Part shown: positions 46,614 through 58,455 of the stretch, piece after piece
Numbering within the stretch: the first letter of the stretch is position 1
How the letters are laid out: every line of letters starts with the position of its first letter
Source of the DNA: Acidobacteriota bacterium
GTDB taxonomy: Bacteria; Acidobacteriota; UBA6911; RPQK01; CBDFMZ01
DNA: 64,000 nucleotides
Assembly (NCBI GenBank): GCA_965249865.1
Contig: CBDFMZ010000002.1
Coordinates: 1,483,304 to 1,547,303, forward strand
Reading direction: 5' to 3'
Position numbers and translations under genes: made by a program
Notes under the pieces: generated by a model
The model's input: only the letters and a program-made list of their open reading frames with translations
Told to the model about the DNA's origin: nothing
Databases searched by the model: none

Positions 46614-49600
46614 GTGACCGGAAAGAGAATCTCCAGCAGTGTTTTCTGCCACATAGCCGTCGCGGCTGGTTTACTGATGATGCTAAGCTCGGGGCCACAT
46701 ACCGTCGCTGAGGCGGCGCCGGCAGGTGGCTCTCCACCTCTTCAGGGAGTCGACTTTTCCAGGGACATTTATCCGATTTTCGAAAAAGCTTGCCACTCCT
46801 GCCACGGTCCCCAGCTCCAGATGGCTAGGCTTCGCCTCGATTCGAAAAGGCCAGCCTTTGCCGGAGGACAGTCCGGAGAGACCATTCACCCAGGCAGACC
46901 ACTGGAGAGTATCCTCTACCAGCGCGTCGCCGGGCTGAACGACCTGGAGCGGATGCCGATGGGCGGGCAGCTGGAGACAGCTGAAATCGAGCTGATTCGT
47001 GCCTGGATTGAACAGGGTGCCGATTGGCCGGACGGGGTAAATGTCGCCGATGCGGAGATCCGCCAACACTGGGCATTCGTCTCGCCGCAGCGTCCCCTGT
47101 TACCGGAGGTTCGTAGAACGAATTGGCCCGCCAACCCCATTGACTCCTTTATCCTGGCACGTCTGGAAAAGGAGGGACTGTCTCCCTCTCCGCAAGTCGA
47201 CCGGGTGGCCCTGCTGCGGCGATTGAGTCTCGATCTGGTTGGCTTACCGCCGACGATTAAAGAAGTTGATGCCTTCGTGGCCGACCGGGACCCCGATGCT
47301 TACGAAAACCAGGTCCAACGGCTTCTGAACTCACCTCACTACGGTGAGCGCTGGGGTCGGCACTGGCTGGATGCGGCCCGCTATGCCGATTCGGACGGCT
47401 TTGAGAAAGACAAGTCTCGCCAAGTCTGGTTCTACCGAGATTGGGTGATCAATGCCCTCAATCGTGACCTGCCTTACGACGAGTTCATCATCGAACAACT
47501 GGCCGGAGACCTGCTGTCTCAGCCCACACAAAACCAAATCGTCGGCACAGGTTTTCTGCGGAATTCGATGATTAATGAGGAAGGCGGGATCAACCCGGAG
47601 CAGTTCCGAATGGAAGCTATGTTTGATCGCATGGACGCCATCGGCAAGGGTATCCTAGGCATTACGATCCAATGTGCTCAGTGCCACAACCACAAATACG
47701 ATCCACTCAAACAAGTAGAGTACTACCGCATGTTTGCTTTTCTAAACAACGCGTACGAGGCAAACATTGCTGTATACACCCCGCAAGAACAAATGAAACG
47801 AGCGCAAATCTTACGGCACATTCAAGAAATTAATGCCGAACTCAAGCACCGTCATCCAGACTGGGACGAGCAGATGAGACGGTGGGAAGAGACGGTCAAA
47901 AAAAACCAGCCGGACTGGGTGGTGGTTCGCCCCACAGTCGAAGACATCTCTACCGGAGGACAAAAGTATCTGCCCCTGGAAGACGGCTCCTTTCTGGCGC
48001 AGAGCTATGCTCCGAGCAAGCACCGGGTAAAGATGACAGTCCAGACAGCACTTCGCGACATTACCGCCTTCCGTTTGGAATTGTTGAACGATCCTAATCT
48101 GCCGATGGGCGGACCAGGCCGCTCCTACAAGGGCACGGGAGCGCTGACAGAGTTCGAGGTAGAGGCAGCACCGGCGGACGATCGGGAAAACACCACACCA
48201 ATAACGATCGCCAAAGCCACGGCTGACATTAACTTCCCAGTAACACCGTTAGAGGCCATTTTCGACGACAAAAGCGACCGGCGGCGCGTGACGGGTCCCA
48301 TCGAGTTTGCCATCGATGGCAAAGAGGAAACGGCCTGGGGAATTGACGCAGGTCCGGTGCGCCGCAATCTTCCCCGCAAAGCCGTCTTCGTGGCCGAAAC
48401 TCCTATTTCACATCCCCAGGGGACACTGCTGACCTTCTATCTGAGTCAAAAACACGGAGGAGAATATTTTCAGAGCAACAATCTCGGTCGGATTCGCCTT
48501 TCGATCACCACGACACCGGAGGCGAGAGCTGATCCACTACCGAAAACGGTTCGCGATACTCTGTCTCTGTCCATCCCTCGTGATCAGCGAAGCCCTGCCC
48601 AGATGCAGGCCATTTTCAGTTATTGGCGAACCACCGTACCGGAGTGGCAGCAGGCCCATTCGAAAATAGAAGAGTTATGGCAACAGCATCCCGAAGGCTC
48701 TGCTCAACTGGTGCTTCAGGAAGGCACCAAGCTACGCAACACCCATGTCCTAACCCGAGGCGATTTCCTCAAACTGGAAAAACAGGTGACAGGAGGCGTG
48801 CCTGCCTTTCTTCATCCATTTCTGGAAGACGCGCCAGTAAATCGTTTGGGCTTTGCCCGGTGGTTGGTGGATCGCCGATCGCCTACCACCGCGCGCTCCC
48901 TAGTAAACCGCGTCTGGCAAACCTACTTTGGCACTGGTCTGGTGGCAACCAGCGAAGACCTGGGCACACAAAGTGAACCACCGTCGCATCCTGAGCTACT
49001 GGATTGGCTAGCAGTTGAATTTATGGACCAGGAGTGGAGGTTGAAAAAGTTGCACCGGCTCATCGTGACTTCAGCCACCTATCAGCAGTCCTCCTCGGTT
49101 ACACCGGAACTACACGAACAGGACCCCTACAATCGTCTGCTGGCTCGGGGTCCACGCTTCCGGGTCGAAGGTGAAATCGTGCGCGACATCGCCTTGGCAG
49201 CAAGCGGCCTATTGAACCTGCAGATTGGTGGACCCAGCGTCTATCCGCCGGCTCCCGCGTTTCTGTTTATGCCTCCGGCCAGCTTCAGACCCAAGATTTG
49301 GCATGAAGCCACGGTAGAGAACCGCTATCGCCGTGCCATCTACACGTTTCGCTATCGTTCGATTCCCTATCCAGTACTTCAGACCTTCGACACGCCCAAC
49401 GCAGATTTTTCCTGCGTGCGCCGTGCCCGATCTAATACACCACTTCAGGCGCTGACGACGCTTAACGAACCGCTATTTCTGGAAGCCGCACAGGCGCTGG
49501 CCTTGAAAACACTACAGGAGGGCGGAGAGACAAATGTTACGCGTGTGACTTACGCTTTTCGCCGCTGCCTGGCGCGAATACCTAACGAGCCAGAGGTCGA

Positions 49601-49793
49601 CGAACTGCTAGCTCTGTTGAAGAAACAAACCGCCCGTTTCGCCCAGGGATGGGTCAGCCCCTGGGACATCGCCGGTTTTGAAGAAAACCAAAAACCACAA
49701 CTCCCCGCTGATACGACTCCTGTCCAGTTAGCCGCCTGGACTGCGGTCTCTCGAGTTTTATTGAATCTAGATGAAACCATCACGAAGGAATGA
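46614..49793 (+). CDS. PSCyt1 (CxxCH cytochrome-c-like) / DUF1549 / DUF1553 domain protein
   Basis: Signal peptide, then the PSCyt1 heme-binding motif [11 protein letters not shown]. The 1059-aa length and the trailing DUF1501 partner gene match the planctomycete-type PSCyt/DUF1549/DUF1553 architecture. Confidence 0.75.
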   Translation: MTGKRISSSVFCHIAVAAGLLMMLSSGPHTVAEAAPAGGSPPLQGVDFSRDIYPIFEKACHSCHGPQLQMARLRLDSKRPAFAGGQSGETIHPGRPLESILYQRVAGLNDLERMPMGGQLETAEIELIRAWIEQGADWPDGVNVADAEIRQHWAFVSPQRPLLPEVRRTNWPANPIDSFILARLEKEGLSPSPQVDRVALLRRLSLDLVGLPPTIKEVDAFVADRDPDAYENQVQRLLNSPHYGERWGRHWLDAARYADSDGFEKDKSRQVWFYRDWVINALNRDLPYDEFIIEQLAGDLLSQPTQNQIVGTGFLRNSMINEEGGINPEQFRMEAMFDRMDAIGKGILGITIQCAQCHNHKYDPLKQVEYYRMFAFLNNAYEANIAVYTPQEQMKRAQILRHIQEINAELKHRHPDWDEQMRRWEETVKKNQPDWVVVRPTVEDISTGGQKYLPLEDGSFLAQSYAPSKHRVKMTVQTALRDITAFRLELLNDPNLPMGGPGRSYKGTGALTEFEVEAAPADDRENTTPITIAKATADINFPVTPLEAIFDDKSDRRRVTGPIEFAIDGKEETAWGIDAGPVRRNLPRKAVFVAETPISHPQGTLLTFYLSQKHGGEYFQSNNLGRIRLSITTTPEARADPLPKTVRDTLSLSIPRDQRSPAQMQAIFSYWRTTVPEWQQAHSKIEELWQQHPEGSAQLVLQEGTKLRNTHVLTRGDFLKLEKQVTGGVPAFLHPFLEDAPVNRLGFARWLVDRRSPTTARSLVNRVWQTYFGTGLVATSEDLGTQSEPPSHPELLDWLAVEFMDQEWRLKKLHRLIVTSATYQQSSSVTPELHEQDPYNRLLARGPRFRVEGEIVRDIALAASGLLNLQIGGPSVYPPAPAFLFMPPASFRPKIWHEATVENRYRRAIYTFRYRSIPYPVLQTFDTPNADFSCVRRARSNTPLQALTTLNEPLFLEAAQALALKTLQEGGETNVTRVTYAFRRCLARIPNEPEVDELLALLKKQTARFAQGWVSPWDIAGFEENQKPQLPADTTPVQLAAWTAVSRVLLNLDETITKE

Positions 49794-49803
49794 GGGCGGA
49801 GCT

Positions 49804-51249
49804 ATGAATTGTCAAGATCATCTCTATCGAAGTCGTGATCCTCGGTTGGTAAACCGGCGCTGGTTCCTGGAACAATGCCGTGTCGGACTTGGCGCCCTGG
49901 CACTCGGCCAACTCCTGAGCGATGCCGGTTACGCCAAGCCGGCAATTCCGTCGCAAAGCAATCCGTTCACACCAAGAACCCCGCACTACACCGCGAAGGC
50001 CAAGAACATCATCTTCCTCTTCATGGCTGGCGCTCCCAGCCATCTTGAACTGTTCGATTTCAAACCTCAACTAGCCAAGTTTGACGGAACCTTACCACCC
50101 GAAGATTTGATCAAGGACTACCGCACCGCCTTCATCAACCCGAGTTCAACGTTGCTCGGACCCAAGTTTAAGTTTTCTAAGCATGGGGAGTGTGGTACGG
50201 AGCTTTCCGAGTTGCTTCCCCATTTGGCTAATGTCGTCGACGATATTACGATCGTAAAATCGATGGTAACCGACGCCTTCAATCACGCACCTGGTCAGCT
50301 TTTGATGAATACGGGAACACAGCAGTTCGGCCGGCCCAGCATAGGGGCTTGGGTCACCTACGGTCTGGGCAGCCAATCCCAGGACTTGCCCGCCTTCGTG
50401 GTGTGCAGCTCCGGGAAGTCGGGCCCAAGCTGTGGAGAGTCCTGCTGGGGTAGTGGCTTCTTGCCAACTGTCTACCAGGGCGTTCCATTCCGCAGCAGCG
50501 GCGATCCTGTCCTCTATCTATCGAGCCCTCATGGCATGGACCAGGAGCTGCAGCGAGACTCCCTGGACTCAATTCGGCGACTGAACCAGATGCGCCTGAA
50601 CGTAACGGGTGATCCCGAAATTAACACGCGCATCAATTCCTTCGAAATGGCATTCCGGATGCAGACCAGCGTGCCGGAGTTAATGGATATCTCTCAGGAA
50701 CCGCAGCACATCCTGGACATGTACGGCGCCGAGACGGGCAAAGCTTCCTTCGCCAACAACTGCCTGCTGGCTAGGCGCCTGGTCGAGCGTGGCGTCCGCC
50801 TGGTCCAACTCTACCACGAGGCTTGGGATCAACATTCCTATCTAGTCAGAGATATCAAGAAGAACTGTGAAGACACCGATCGAGCTTCAGCTGCCCTAGT
50901 TCAAGATCTCAAACAGCGGGGTATGCTCGACGACGTGCTTGTCATCTGGGGTGGGGAGTTCGGGCGCACTCCAATGGTGCAAACGGGTAACGAGGACGGG
51001 CGCGACCATCACCCCAATGCCTTTTCCATGTGGTTGGCCGGGGGCGGCATCAAGCCGGGTACCACGCTGGGAGAAACGGATGAATTCGGGTTCAACGTGG
51101 TGAGCGATCCGGTTCATGTGCACGATCTGCATGCGACCATCCTGCATCTGCTAGGCTTCGATCACACCCGGCTGACCTACCGCTTCCAAGGACGCGACTT
51201 CCGCCTCACCGATGTCCACGGTGAGATCGTTTCCAAGCTCATTGCTTAG
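49804..51249 (+). CDS. DUF1501 (sulfatase-like fold) protein with a Tat-type signal
   Basis: An RRWFLEQ twin-arginine motif near the N-terminus. The ~480-aa length and its position directly after the DUF1553 gene match the conserved DUF1501 partner. Confidence 0.7.
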   Translation: MNCQDHLYRSRDPRLVNRRWFLEQCRVGLGALALGQLLSDAGYAKPAIPSQSNPFTPRTPHYTAKAKNIIFLFMAGAPSHLELFDFKPQLAKFDGTLPPEDLIKDYRTAFINPSSTLLGPKFKFSKHGECGTELSELLPHLANVVDDITIVKSMVTDAFNHAPGQLLMNTGTQQFGRPSIGAWVTYGLGSQSQDLPAFVVCSSGKSGPSCGESCWGSGFLPTVYQGVPFRSSGDPVLYLSSPHGMDQELQRDSLDSIRRLNQMRLNVTGDPEINTRINSFEMAFRMQTSVPELMDISQEPQHILDMYGAETGKASFANNCLLARRLVERGVRLVQLYHEAWDQHSYLVRDIKKNCEDTDRASAALVQDLKQRGMLDDVLVIWGGEFGRTPMVQTGNEDGRDHHPNAFSMWLAGGGIKPGTTLGETDEFGFNVVSDPVHVHDLHATILHLLGFDHTRLTYRFQGRDFRLTDVHGEIVSKLIA

Positions 51250-51283
51250 TACTCCAAGCAGATGGGGCTTGTGAGGCGAGGTC

Positions 51284-51302
51284 AAGGCGGGACGGAGCAC
51301 TC
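51284..51302. terminator. Hairpin between convergent genes (bidirectional terminator candidate)
   Basis: GGAGCAC-tcact-GTGCTCC is a 7-bp perfect stem followed by an AT-rich tract (ATAAATACA). Confidence 0.4.
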
Positions 51303-51339
51303 ACTGTGCTCCATAAATACACCTTACTCGGGGTCAGCA

Positions 51340-53838
51340 TCACTGGGAAGCTTGCAGCGTTTCCAGGGGTGATTCGTCGTAGACGCCACGGCTGTTCACT
51401 GCGCCGATCGCAAGGGTCAGTGCAGTCACGATGAAAAAGGTGATGACGACCGGAGTGGGAGATGGGACAAACACCGCGTCGAAAACGAAATAGGCCAGGC
51501 ACTCGGTAGCGGCCAACGCAATAATTCCCCCGGTCGCCGCGGCAAAAGCGCCCAGCAAAAGATACTCCACCATCAGAATCTTCAGGATTTGAGCGCGCGA
51601 GGCCCCCAGAGTTCTTAAAAGGACGCTCTCCTGCAGTCGCTGATATCGACCCGTGGCAAGCGTTGCGGTCAATACCATGAGTCCCGTGATAACACTGAAC
51701 GAAGCCATGAACCGGATGACAAAGGAAACCTTGTCGAGAACCGCGTCCATGGTGTCCAGGATCAGAGCCAGGTCAATCGAAGATACACTCGGAAACCTTT
51801 GCATGATCGCTCTCTGCAGTTTCGCGAAGAGCGGACGGGAAGGAACGCGGGCCGCCAGAACGTGAAATTGAGGTGCATTCTCGAGCACACCTTCCGGGAA
51901 GAGGATGAAGAAATTGGTCCGTAGTTGATCCCAATCCACACGGCGGATGCTGGCGACTATTGCCATCATCGGCACGCCCTGAACATCAAACTCGAGGGTG
52001 TCGCCGACAGCAACCTTCAGGTTCTCAGCGATTCCTTCCTCAAGCGAGACAGGGACCACCGGTGGGTCGCTATTGACCTTTCCCTGCCAGCTCCCTTCCA
52101 CGATCTCTTCGGTATCGCTAAGACGATTGCGATAGGTGCATCGATATTCCCTCAGCAGGGCCCATTCGGAAGTGGGTGATTCACGCCGCAACTGTTCTAC
52201 ACTTTTTCCCTCGATCGAGCTCAACCTCATGGTCACAATCGGGACATCGTGCAGTACCGGCACGTTGAGGGAACGCAGCAGCTCAGAGACTTGAGATTTC
52301 TGGTCCGATTGAATGTCAAACAAGAGCAGATTTGGCTGATTTCGGCTCGAGCGAGACACCTTGTCCAGCAAGACGTGGTGCGTCAGGTAGAGGGTTAAGA
52401 TCAAAAATGTACCCAGCCCGAGCGAGAGCATCAGCAGAGTGGTCTGATTTAGGGGCCGGTAAAGATTAGCCAGACCTTGCCGCCAGACGTAAGGCCATGA
52501 AGACGGGAACCATCTCCTGACCAAGACCATAATCAGCTTTGCAACGCCGCCGAGCAGACCAAAAATGAGCACCAACGAGACAAAGAATGCTGTACCACGG
52601 CCCCAGTGCCCCGTCTGCGTGATCGCAAAACTGAAAATGGCTCCTCCCAAGAGAAAATAAATCAACCACCGAAGCGGGTCTTTTCGTTGTGAAACACCCT
52701 GTTCATAGTCGGACCGAAGAGCAAGCAGCGGAGACATCTTCCGGATAGGCAAAAGAGGGAGCAGGGCAATGAGTAGGACGATTCCAAAACCGAGCAGCAG
52801 GCCCTCCGCAAGCGCCTTTCCAGAAACGATGAAGGGAACCTCCAAGGGTAGAAAATCGCCCAGGACGAGAGGAAGGAATGCCTGGACTCCCAGGCCTAAG
52901 AACGACCCCAAAATCGATCCCAGCAGCCCCAGAGCAGCCGCTTGGATCAAATAGACCAACACCGTTTTTCCTGAGCTTACCCCCAGACAACGGAGCATGG
53001 CCACGGTGGCGGTCTTCTGCTTGATGTACAAATGAATGGAACTGGCCACACCGATCCCACCCAGCAGCAGGGCAGCGAAAGCAACCAGTTTCAGAAAACT
53101 TCCGAAGTGACCGATCGTGCTTCCCAGTCTTGCTTTACGTTTCTCGACAGTGTCAGCTGCCAGTCTGGACCGGATGAGATCCGGTTCGATCTCTCGAACA
53201 AGTGTTTCGACATCAGCACCTTCCCCCATCTTAAAATAGACCGTATACCTGGCCCGGCTCCCAAACTGTATAAGTCCGGTCTGGTCCAGATACTCCAACG
53301 GGATAAAAACCGTCGGACCGATCAGGGAACGCACGGCCGCCTCACCGGGCGTGCTCTTGAGCCGACCAGCAATGTTAAAAATGAACGAACCCAACTGGAT
53401 TGGATCCCCCACTCCGGCACCAAACTGCAGCATCAGAGCGTCATCCGCCAGGGCGCTGGGTCCTGATTTAATGTGGTGAGCAGCGGCGGCTGGTTCAGTC
53501 TCCAGCGTGCCGTAATAGGGAAAGCCACCTTCTATCGCTCTCACCCTCACCAGCCTGCTCTTTCCACTTTCGGGGAAATGGGCCATCGACAGGAAACTGA
53601 CCTGCCGGGAACGCTCTCCCTGGATGGCGTTGATCAGCTTTTGGGCCTGGTGGGTGAAAGGCTGATTCCCGAAAATGGCCAGATCAGCCCCCAGCAATGA
53701 CCTCGCCTGCCGGTCAATAGCCCTCTCAAGGCCCTTACTGAAGGAACTGATCGCGACCAGCGCGGAAACACCAACGACAATCGAGGACATAACCCAGAGC
53801 ATCCGTTTCCGGCTGGAACGGCTGTCACGCCAGGCCAT
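51340..53838 (-). CDS. FtsX-family ABC transporter permease (two FtsX domains; YbbP/MacB-like)
   Basis: A membrane protein of more than 800 aa with two 4-TM FtsX-like modules and large periplasmic loops. It lies downstream of the ABC ATPase in the same orientation. Confidence 0.7.
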   Translation of the reverse strand: MAWRDSRSSRKRMLWVMSSIVVGVSALVAISSFSKGLERAIDRQARSLLGADLAIFGNQPFTHQAQKLINAIQGERSRQVSFLSMAHFPESGKSRLVRVRAIEGGFPYYGTLETEPAAAAHHIKSGPSALADDALMLQFGAGVGDPIQLGSFIFNIAGRLKSTPGEAAVRSLIGPTVFIPLEYLDQTGLIQFGSRARYTVYFKMGEGADVETLVREIEPDLIRSRLAADTVEKRKARLGSTIGHFGSFLKLVAFAALLLGGIGVASSIHLYIKQKTATVAMLRCLGVSSGKTVLVYLIQAAALGLLGSILGSFLGLGVQAFLPLVLGDFLPLEVPFIVSGKALAEGLLLGFGIVLLIALLPLLPIRKMSPLLALRSDYEQGVSQRKDPLRWLIYFLLGGAIFSFAITQTGHWGRGTAFFVSLVLIFGLLGGVAKLIMVLVRRWFPSSWPYVWRQGLANLYRPLNQTTLLMLSLGLGTFLILTLYLTHHVLLDKVSRSSRNQPNLLLFDIQSDQKSQVSELLRSLNVPVLHDVPIVTMRLSSIEGKSVEQLRRESPTSEWALLREYRCTYRNRLSDTEEIVEGSWQGKVNSDPPVVPVSLEEGIAENLKVAVGDTLEFDVQGVPMMAIVASIRRVDWDQLRTNFFILFPEGVLENAPQFHVLAARVPSRPLFAKLQRAIMQRFPSVSSIDLALILDTMDAVLDKVSFVIRFMASFSVITGLMVLTATLATGRYQRLQESVLLRTLGASRAQILKILMVEYLLLGAFAAATGGIIALAATECLAYFVFDAVFVPSPTPVVITFFIVTALTLAIGAVNSRGVYDESPLETLQASQ

Positions 53839-53874
53839 CTTGCATACCCACGTGTAAGACACTGTTTCCCCCGG

Positions 53875-54588
53875 TTACTTGGGCGACGGATTTGCACCGT
53901 CCGATACCACCCTCCCTGCTCGGAGACGAATGATTCGACTAGCCTGGCTGGCTAGTTCCAGGTTATGGGTAACCACAACCAGAGTTGTTCCGGCCTCCCT
54001 GTTCAGGTCGAATAGGAGCTGTCGGACCAAGCCGCCTGTTTCCGTGTCGAGGTTACCCGTCGGCTCGTCAGCAAAGAGGATTTGTGGTTGGTTGACAAAG
54101 GCGCGAGCCAGAGCAACTCTTTGTTGCTCACCTCCAGAAAGCTGCGCGGGGTAGTGGTGGAGACGCTCTCCCAAACCAACCCGCTCCAGCAGTCCGCAGG
54201 CTCGGTGTCGACTATCATTGTCGCCACGCAGTTCGACCGGCACCATCACGTTTTCCAGGGCGGTCAACGTAGGAATCAATTGGAAAGTTTGAAAAACGAA
54301 ACCCACATGTTGGTTTCGCACCAGTGCCAATTCTTCTTCCTCGAGCTGGTTAAGTGGCATTCCGCTGAAAAGCACGGTTCCCGAGGTCGGGCGGTCCAGA
54401 CCAGCACACAAGCCCAGAAGCGTGGTCTTTCCGCTCCCGGACGGACCTACAACGGCTACGGAGGCCCCCTGCTCGATGGAAAAAGAAACTTCGGTGAGCA
54501 CCGTCAGAGTGCGATTTCCACTCCGGTAGGTCTTGGTCAGACGCTCAGCCCTGAGAAGTCCGTTCAATAATTGCGCTCCTTCCTCCAC
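53875..54588 (-). CDS. ABC transporter ATP-binding protein (YbbA/LolD/MacB-NBD-like)
   Basis: Walker [11 protein letters not shown]-loop, signature [14 protein letters not shown] and Walker [14 protein letters not shown] probable GTG start lies near 54588. Confidence 0.8.
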   Translation of the reverse strand: MEEGAQLLNGLLRAERLTKTYRSGNRTLTVLTEVSFSIEQGASVAVVGPSGSGKTTLLGLCAGLDRPTSGTVLFSGMPLNQLEEEELALVRNQHVGFVFQTFQLIPTLTALENVMVPVELRGDNDSRHRACGLLERVGLGERLHHYPAQLSGGEQQRVALARAFVNQPQILFADEPTGNLDTETGGLVRQLLFDLNREAGTTLVVVTHNLELASQASRIIRLRAGRVVSDGANPSPK

Positions 54589-54893
54589 ATCCCCGCAACA
54601 CGATCGCAATGGTGAGAAGAGTACGTTGTATAATCTAGCCCAGGTTATGCATAAGCTGCCTGCTGCATCGGTGAAATCGTCCGTCCTGACTGCGTTGCGC
54701 TCGATCGGCCTCATCGACGTACTGCGCGAGTACGCCTGCTGGGCTTCGGTTGAGACGCTTTGTCAGGCCGGCGCTTTCACCGTTTCGCTACGACACCTTA
54801 TGTATAATCCGGGCTAGTGTCCTGTCTCATAAATAACATGCTATTTGTTGCAGGCAAAACGTTTTCTGATTCGAGGCGTGACGACGAGTCGAA

Positions 54894-55556
54894 GTGATGA
54901 GAAAGCCTTCGCTTCGGGCCATCTTTTTCGGCTTCATCGTCCTGGCTTCCCCGGCAGCCGATGTGTATTGGCTTTCGGCGGGGGAAAAAAGCTCGACCAG
55001 GTCGAATGTCGTTCTCTTTCTGGGAACCAGCCTCACCGCGGGGTATGGGTTGACACCCTCTCAAGCTTTTCCCGCTTTGATCCAGCAAAAGATCCGGTCT
55101 CTCGAGTGGGACGTGGAGGTCGTCAACGCCGGACTGAGCGGAGAAACGTCGGCTGGAGGGCTTCGCCGTATCGAATGGTTATTAAAGCGGAAGATTGATG
55201 TTATGGTTCTCGAACTCGGTGCTAACGACGGCCTGCGCGGCATTCCAGTCGAGATCACAAAAGGAAACCTGCAAGCCATCATTGATCGAGCAAAAAGTAC
55301 CTGTCCGGGTGTGAAGGTTGTGATTGTGGGCATGCAAATTCCTCCCAGTCTGGGGCTGCTTTACAGCAAACAGTTTCGGTCGCTTTTCTCGGAGTTGGCT
55401 GGGGAAAATGACGCTTTGTTGATCCCCTTCTTGCTGGAGGGAGTGGCGGGGAGACCCGAGTTGAATCTGCCCGACGGCATTCATCCTACAGCCCAGGGTC
55501 ACCAGATCATGGCCGAAAACATCTGGAAGATCTTGAGGCCCCTCCTCATTCCATAA
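54894..55556 (+). CDS. SGNH/GDSL-family esterase (TesA / lysophospholipase L1-like), secreted
   Basis: Signal peptide, then the block-I GTSLTAGYG (GDS(L)-like Ser), the block-III GANDG and a C-terminal DGIHP. It is divergent from the ABC ATPase-permease pair. Confidence 0.7.
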   Translation: MMRKPSLRAIFFGFIVLASPAADVYWLSAGEKSSTRSNVVLFLGTSLTAGYGLTPSQAFPALIQQKIRSLEWDVEVVNAGLSGETSAGGLRRIEWLLKRKIDVMVLELGANDGLRGIPVEITKGNLQAIIDRAKSTCPGVKVVIVGMQIPPSLGLLYSKQFRSLFSELAGENDALLIPFLLEGVAGRPELNLPDGIHPTAQGHQIMAENIWKILRPLLIP

Positions 55557-55567
55557 ATAGGGTACGG

Positions 55568-56572
55568 TTAGCCAACCCGCTCGGGTCGTTTCACACAACG
55601 CTCCAGGGCGTTGACGACCCGCGCGGCCGGGAAGCTGACGACCAGATAAAGGAGCGCGGCTCCCGTGTAGACTTCAAAGAAACGGAAGGTGGTGGAAGCC
55701 TGCCAGCGGGTGCTCCACAGGATTTCTTCGATCCCAATAATCGAGACAAAAGTCAAAGCCTTGAACATACCGATCAGATAGTTCCCCATGGCAGGGATCA
55801 TGGTGCGGACGGCTTGGGACAGAACAATACGCCGCATGGCCAGGCTTCTCGACATACCCAGGACGGTGGCCGCTTCGAATTGTCCCCGATCGACCGATCC
55901 GATTCCGGCCCGATACACTTCGGAAAGATAGGAGGAGACAGGTAGTATGATGCCAAAAACCGGCAAGACCCAGAACGCAACGTAGAGCTGAACCAGAAAA
56001 GGCGTGTTCCGGATGAACTCAAGATAGGCCGTAAAGGGTATGCGGAGCCAGCGCCGGCGCGACATCCGAGCCAGGGCTACAAACAACCCCAGAATGGCGG
56101 CGAGCAGAAAATCCAGCAGCGTCACCTCAACGGTAATGACGCGCTCTTGAGGAATACCGAAGTCCTCTCGGGCGATGGTCAATTCCGCTGCACCGACGGT
56201 ACCGCCCATCTTGATGTCGTCGCGCTCTACAAAGTCCTTATAGCCATGGATGTTCTTGGGGTTGCCGGCTCGAACCATGGCTCCAAACGTGCTCAAGTAA
56301 ATGGGATCGGAAAAATTGACGACTTCACAGCGCTCGGGCCGAATCGCCATACCGATCGGGATGATGTCGAAGCGCCCGGCCAGCAAACCTGGGGTCAATC
56401 CTCCCCAGCCCATATACACCCCGATGATCTTCTCAATTCCCAGACGCCGGGCTGCTTCGCGGGTCACTTCAATGTCAAAACCGGTCAGGTTGCCCTGATC
56501 ATCGAGGTGCCCGTAGGGGATTTCCTGCCCGAACCCGACACGCAGGCCGGATTCTCGCGCTTGTTCCAGCAA
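55568..56572 (-). pseudogene. Polar-amino-acid ABC transporter remnant: substrate-binding domain lacking its signal peptide, fused to the permease
   Basis: The N-terminal part LRVGFGQEIPYGHLDDQGNLTGFDIEVT...DIIPIGMAIRPERCEVVNFSDPIY matches the SBP_bac_3 family. The C-terminal part is a HisM/GlnP-type permease (FLVQLYVAFWVLP...). There is no signal peptide, and it is joined out of frame to the ATPase fragment upstream. Confidence 0.5.
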
Positions 56573-56973
56573 AGCCGGTGGGCCGTAGCATCGGCCTCCT
56601 TCTGATGAATTTTCTTAACCCAAACGGGTGCTTCGGTGACGTTTTCCAGCACCGTCATATGAGGAAAGAGGTTGAATTGCTGGAAAACCATGCCCATCTT
56701 ACCGTGTAACCGTCGCATATTCTTTTCAGTGCCGGACGTCAACTTTTTCTCTCGACCGGCTTGAAAGAGTTCTCCCTCGATCTCAATAGTACCGTCGTCG
56801 ATGGTTTCCAAGCCGATCACACAACGCAGCAGCGTAGTCTTTCCGGAGCCACTGGCGCCGATGATCACCAACTTTTCGGAGCGAGTGACCGTCAGATCGA
56901 CGCAATCCAGAACTTTCAGGTCACCGTACCGTTTGTCCACGTTACTCAAGCGAACCATCACGTCTGTGGCCAT
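56485..56973 (-). pseudogene. Truncated amino-acid ABC ATPase (Walker A and Q-loop only; signature and Walker B missing)
   Basis: MVRLSNVDKRYGDLKVL...[14 protein letters not shown]...MVFQQFNLFPHMTVLENV, after which the frame decays. The expected LSGGQ and Walker B blocks are not encoded downstream. Confidence 0.55.
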
Positions 56974-56977
56974 GGCG

Positions 56978-57364
56978 TCACCGCCGACTGTCACTCTGCC
57001 GGCACCACGCCTGAGTACAGGCGGCCGAGGCTGGAGATGCTGTGTTGGACTCCCACAAGCCGCAGAAGCTGCCAAACCGTGGCCTGGTTTGCAGTGACGA
57101 CGGGCTTTCCTGCGATACCCTCGGCATTGGCGATAATGGTCGCATCATACCGGTACAGGAGACGAAGATGCCGTCGGCCTCCGGCAGGTCCAAACCGGCG
57201 ACCAGCTCCAGAATTCTCGCCGATGGCAATTCCTCGATGGACTCGCGCATGTTCAGCCCCTCGATCACCTCCCGGCCAATAAGACCACCTGCCAGGCTGT
57301 GGTGGACGGACGGGTTCATATCAGGGAGTTTCCTGTTTAACCGGAACAGTCCTGACCCGCTCAT
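56978..57364 (-). pseudogene. Fragment of an Asp/Glu/hydantoin-racemase or maleate-isomerase-family gene
   Basis: ...ILELVAGLDLPEADGIFVSCTGMMR matches the C-terminal block of the Asp/Glu-racemase / arylmalonate-decarboxylase superfamily. The N-terminal half is absent and the tail decays. Confidence 0.35.
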
Positions 57365-58344
57365 CCGAGGCCAATTTCGCGCAGATACTGGCGGGTGCGT
57401 TTCGCGATCGGCAGAGGCTTATCAAAGGGTGCCGGATACATGTCTTGTTCAACGATGCCCCAGCCGCTGTAGCCGACTTCTCGCAGCACATCGCTAAGAG
57501 CCACGAAATCCACGGTACCTTTGGACGGTTCGCAAAACATATCCATGCCGACTGCCACGGCGAATGGAACATTCTCCGCCTCAACTTTCGCCCGCACTTC
57601 GGAATCGACGCTTTTGAAATGCATGTAGGGAATACGATCATGACGACGCCGCATCAGATCAACAGGGTCACCACGGCGGTACGCGTAATGGCCCGTGTCC
57701 AGGCAAAGACTTACCGTAGAATCCGTTTGGTCAAGAAACGCCTCGACCTGGTCCGGGTACTCCACGTGCGAGTCGGCATGAGGATGAAAAACCAGCTGAA
57801 GGCCGAAACGATCTCGAACGAGCTGGGCCAGTGTGTAGGTCGTTTCCAGCAGCTGCTTCCACCCGTCGCTGTCGAGACTGACGGGTCGCAGCCTTTCTCC
57901 GGTGAACATATCTGAATAGGTTTCGTCAATCAACACCAGGAATTTTGCGTCTATACCGGCCAGCAATTCACCGATGGGTGTAACCTGCTGCTCGAGTTCC
58001 GCATACTGGAAAGGGTCCTCGAGGTGCCTCGTGATGAACGTCCCGGTGGCCTCGAGATTCCGAGTTTTTAACTCTTGGCGAAGGGTGGTCAGATCGGTCG
58101 GGAGGTAACCATAAGGACCCAACTCCGTCCCTTGGTAACCCACCTCGACTACCTCATCCAAATACCGGCGCCATGGAATCTGCTTGGGGTCATCGGCGAA
58201 CCACACTCCCCAGAAGTCAGGCCCAGTGCCAACCTTGACCTTCGGTCTTTCCGGGACCGTCCCCACTTCGGAGGAGCACCGGGTGGACAGAGCCGCCGCC
58301 CCCAGGCTCAAAAAGGAGTTTTTCAAAAACTTCCTTCTATGCAT
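57361..58344 (-). CDS. Sugar phosphate isomerase/epimerase (xylose-isomerase-like TIM barrel), Tat-secreted
   Basis: A twin-arginine signal (MHRRKFLKNSFLSLGAAAL) and an AP-endonuclease-2/xylose-isomerase-like TIM-barrel length and His/Asp/Glu pattern. Confidence 0.6.
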   Translation of the reverse strand: MHRRKFLKNSFLSLGAAALSTRCSSEVGTVPERPKVKVGTGPDFWGVWFADDPKQIPWRRYLDEVVEVGYQGTELGPYGYLPTDLTTLRQELKTRNLEATGTFITRHLEDPFQYAELEQQVTPIGELLAGIDAKFLVLIDETYSDMFTGERLRPVSLDSDGWKQLLETTYTLAQLVRDRFGLQLVFHPHADSHVEYPDQVEAFLDQTDSTVSLCLDTGHYAYRRGDPVDLMRRRHDRIPYMHFKSVDSEVRAKVEAENVPFAVAVGMDMFCEPSKGTVDFVALSDVLREVGYSGWGIVEQDMYPAPFDKPLPIAKRTRQYLREIGLG

Positions 58345-58455
58345 CGGACTTCCCTCCTACTAGGGCAGTGTATCAGACGGGCACACGGATTTCTTCGACA
58401 ATCCTGAACTCCAACGGAAGGCTGCCGTACTCCTGGCAGTCGACAATGCCGAACA

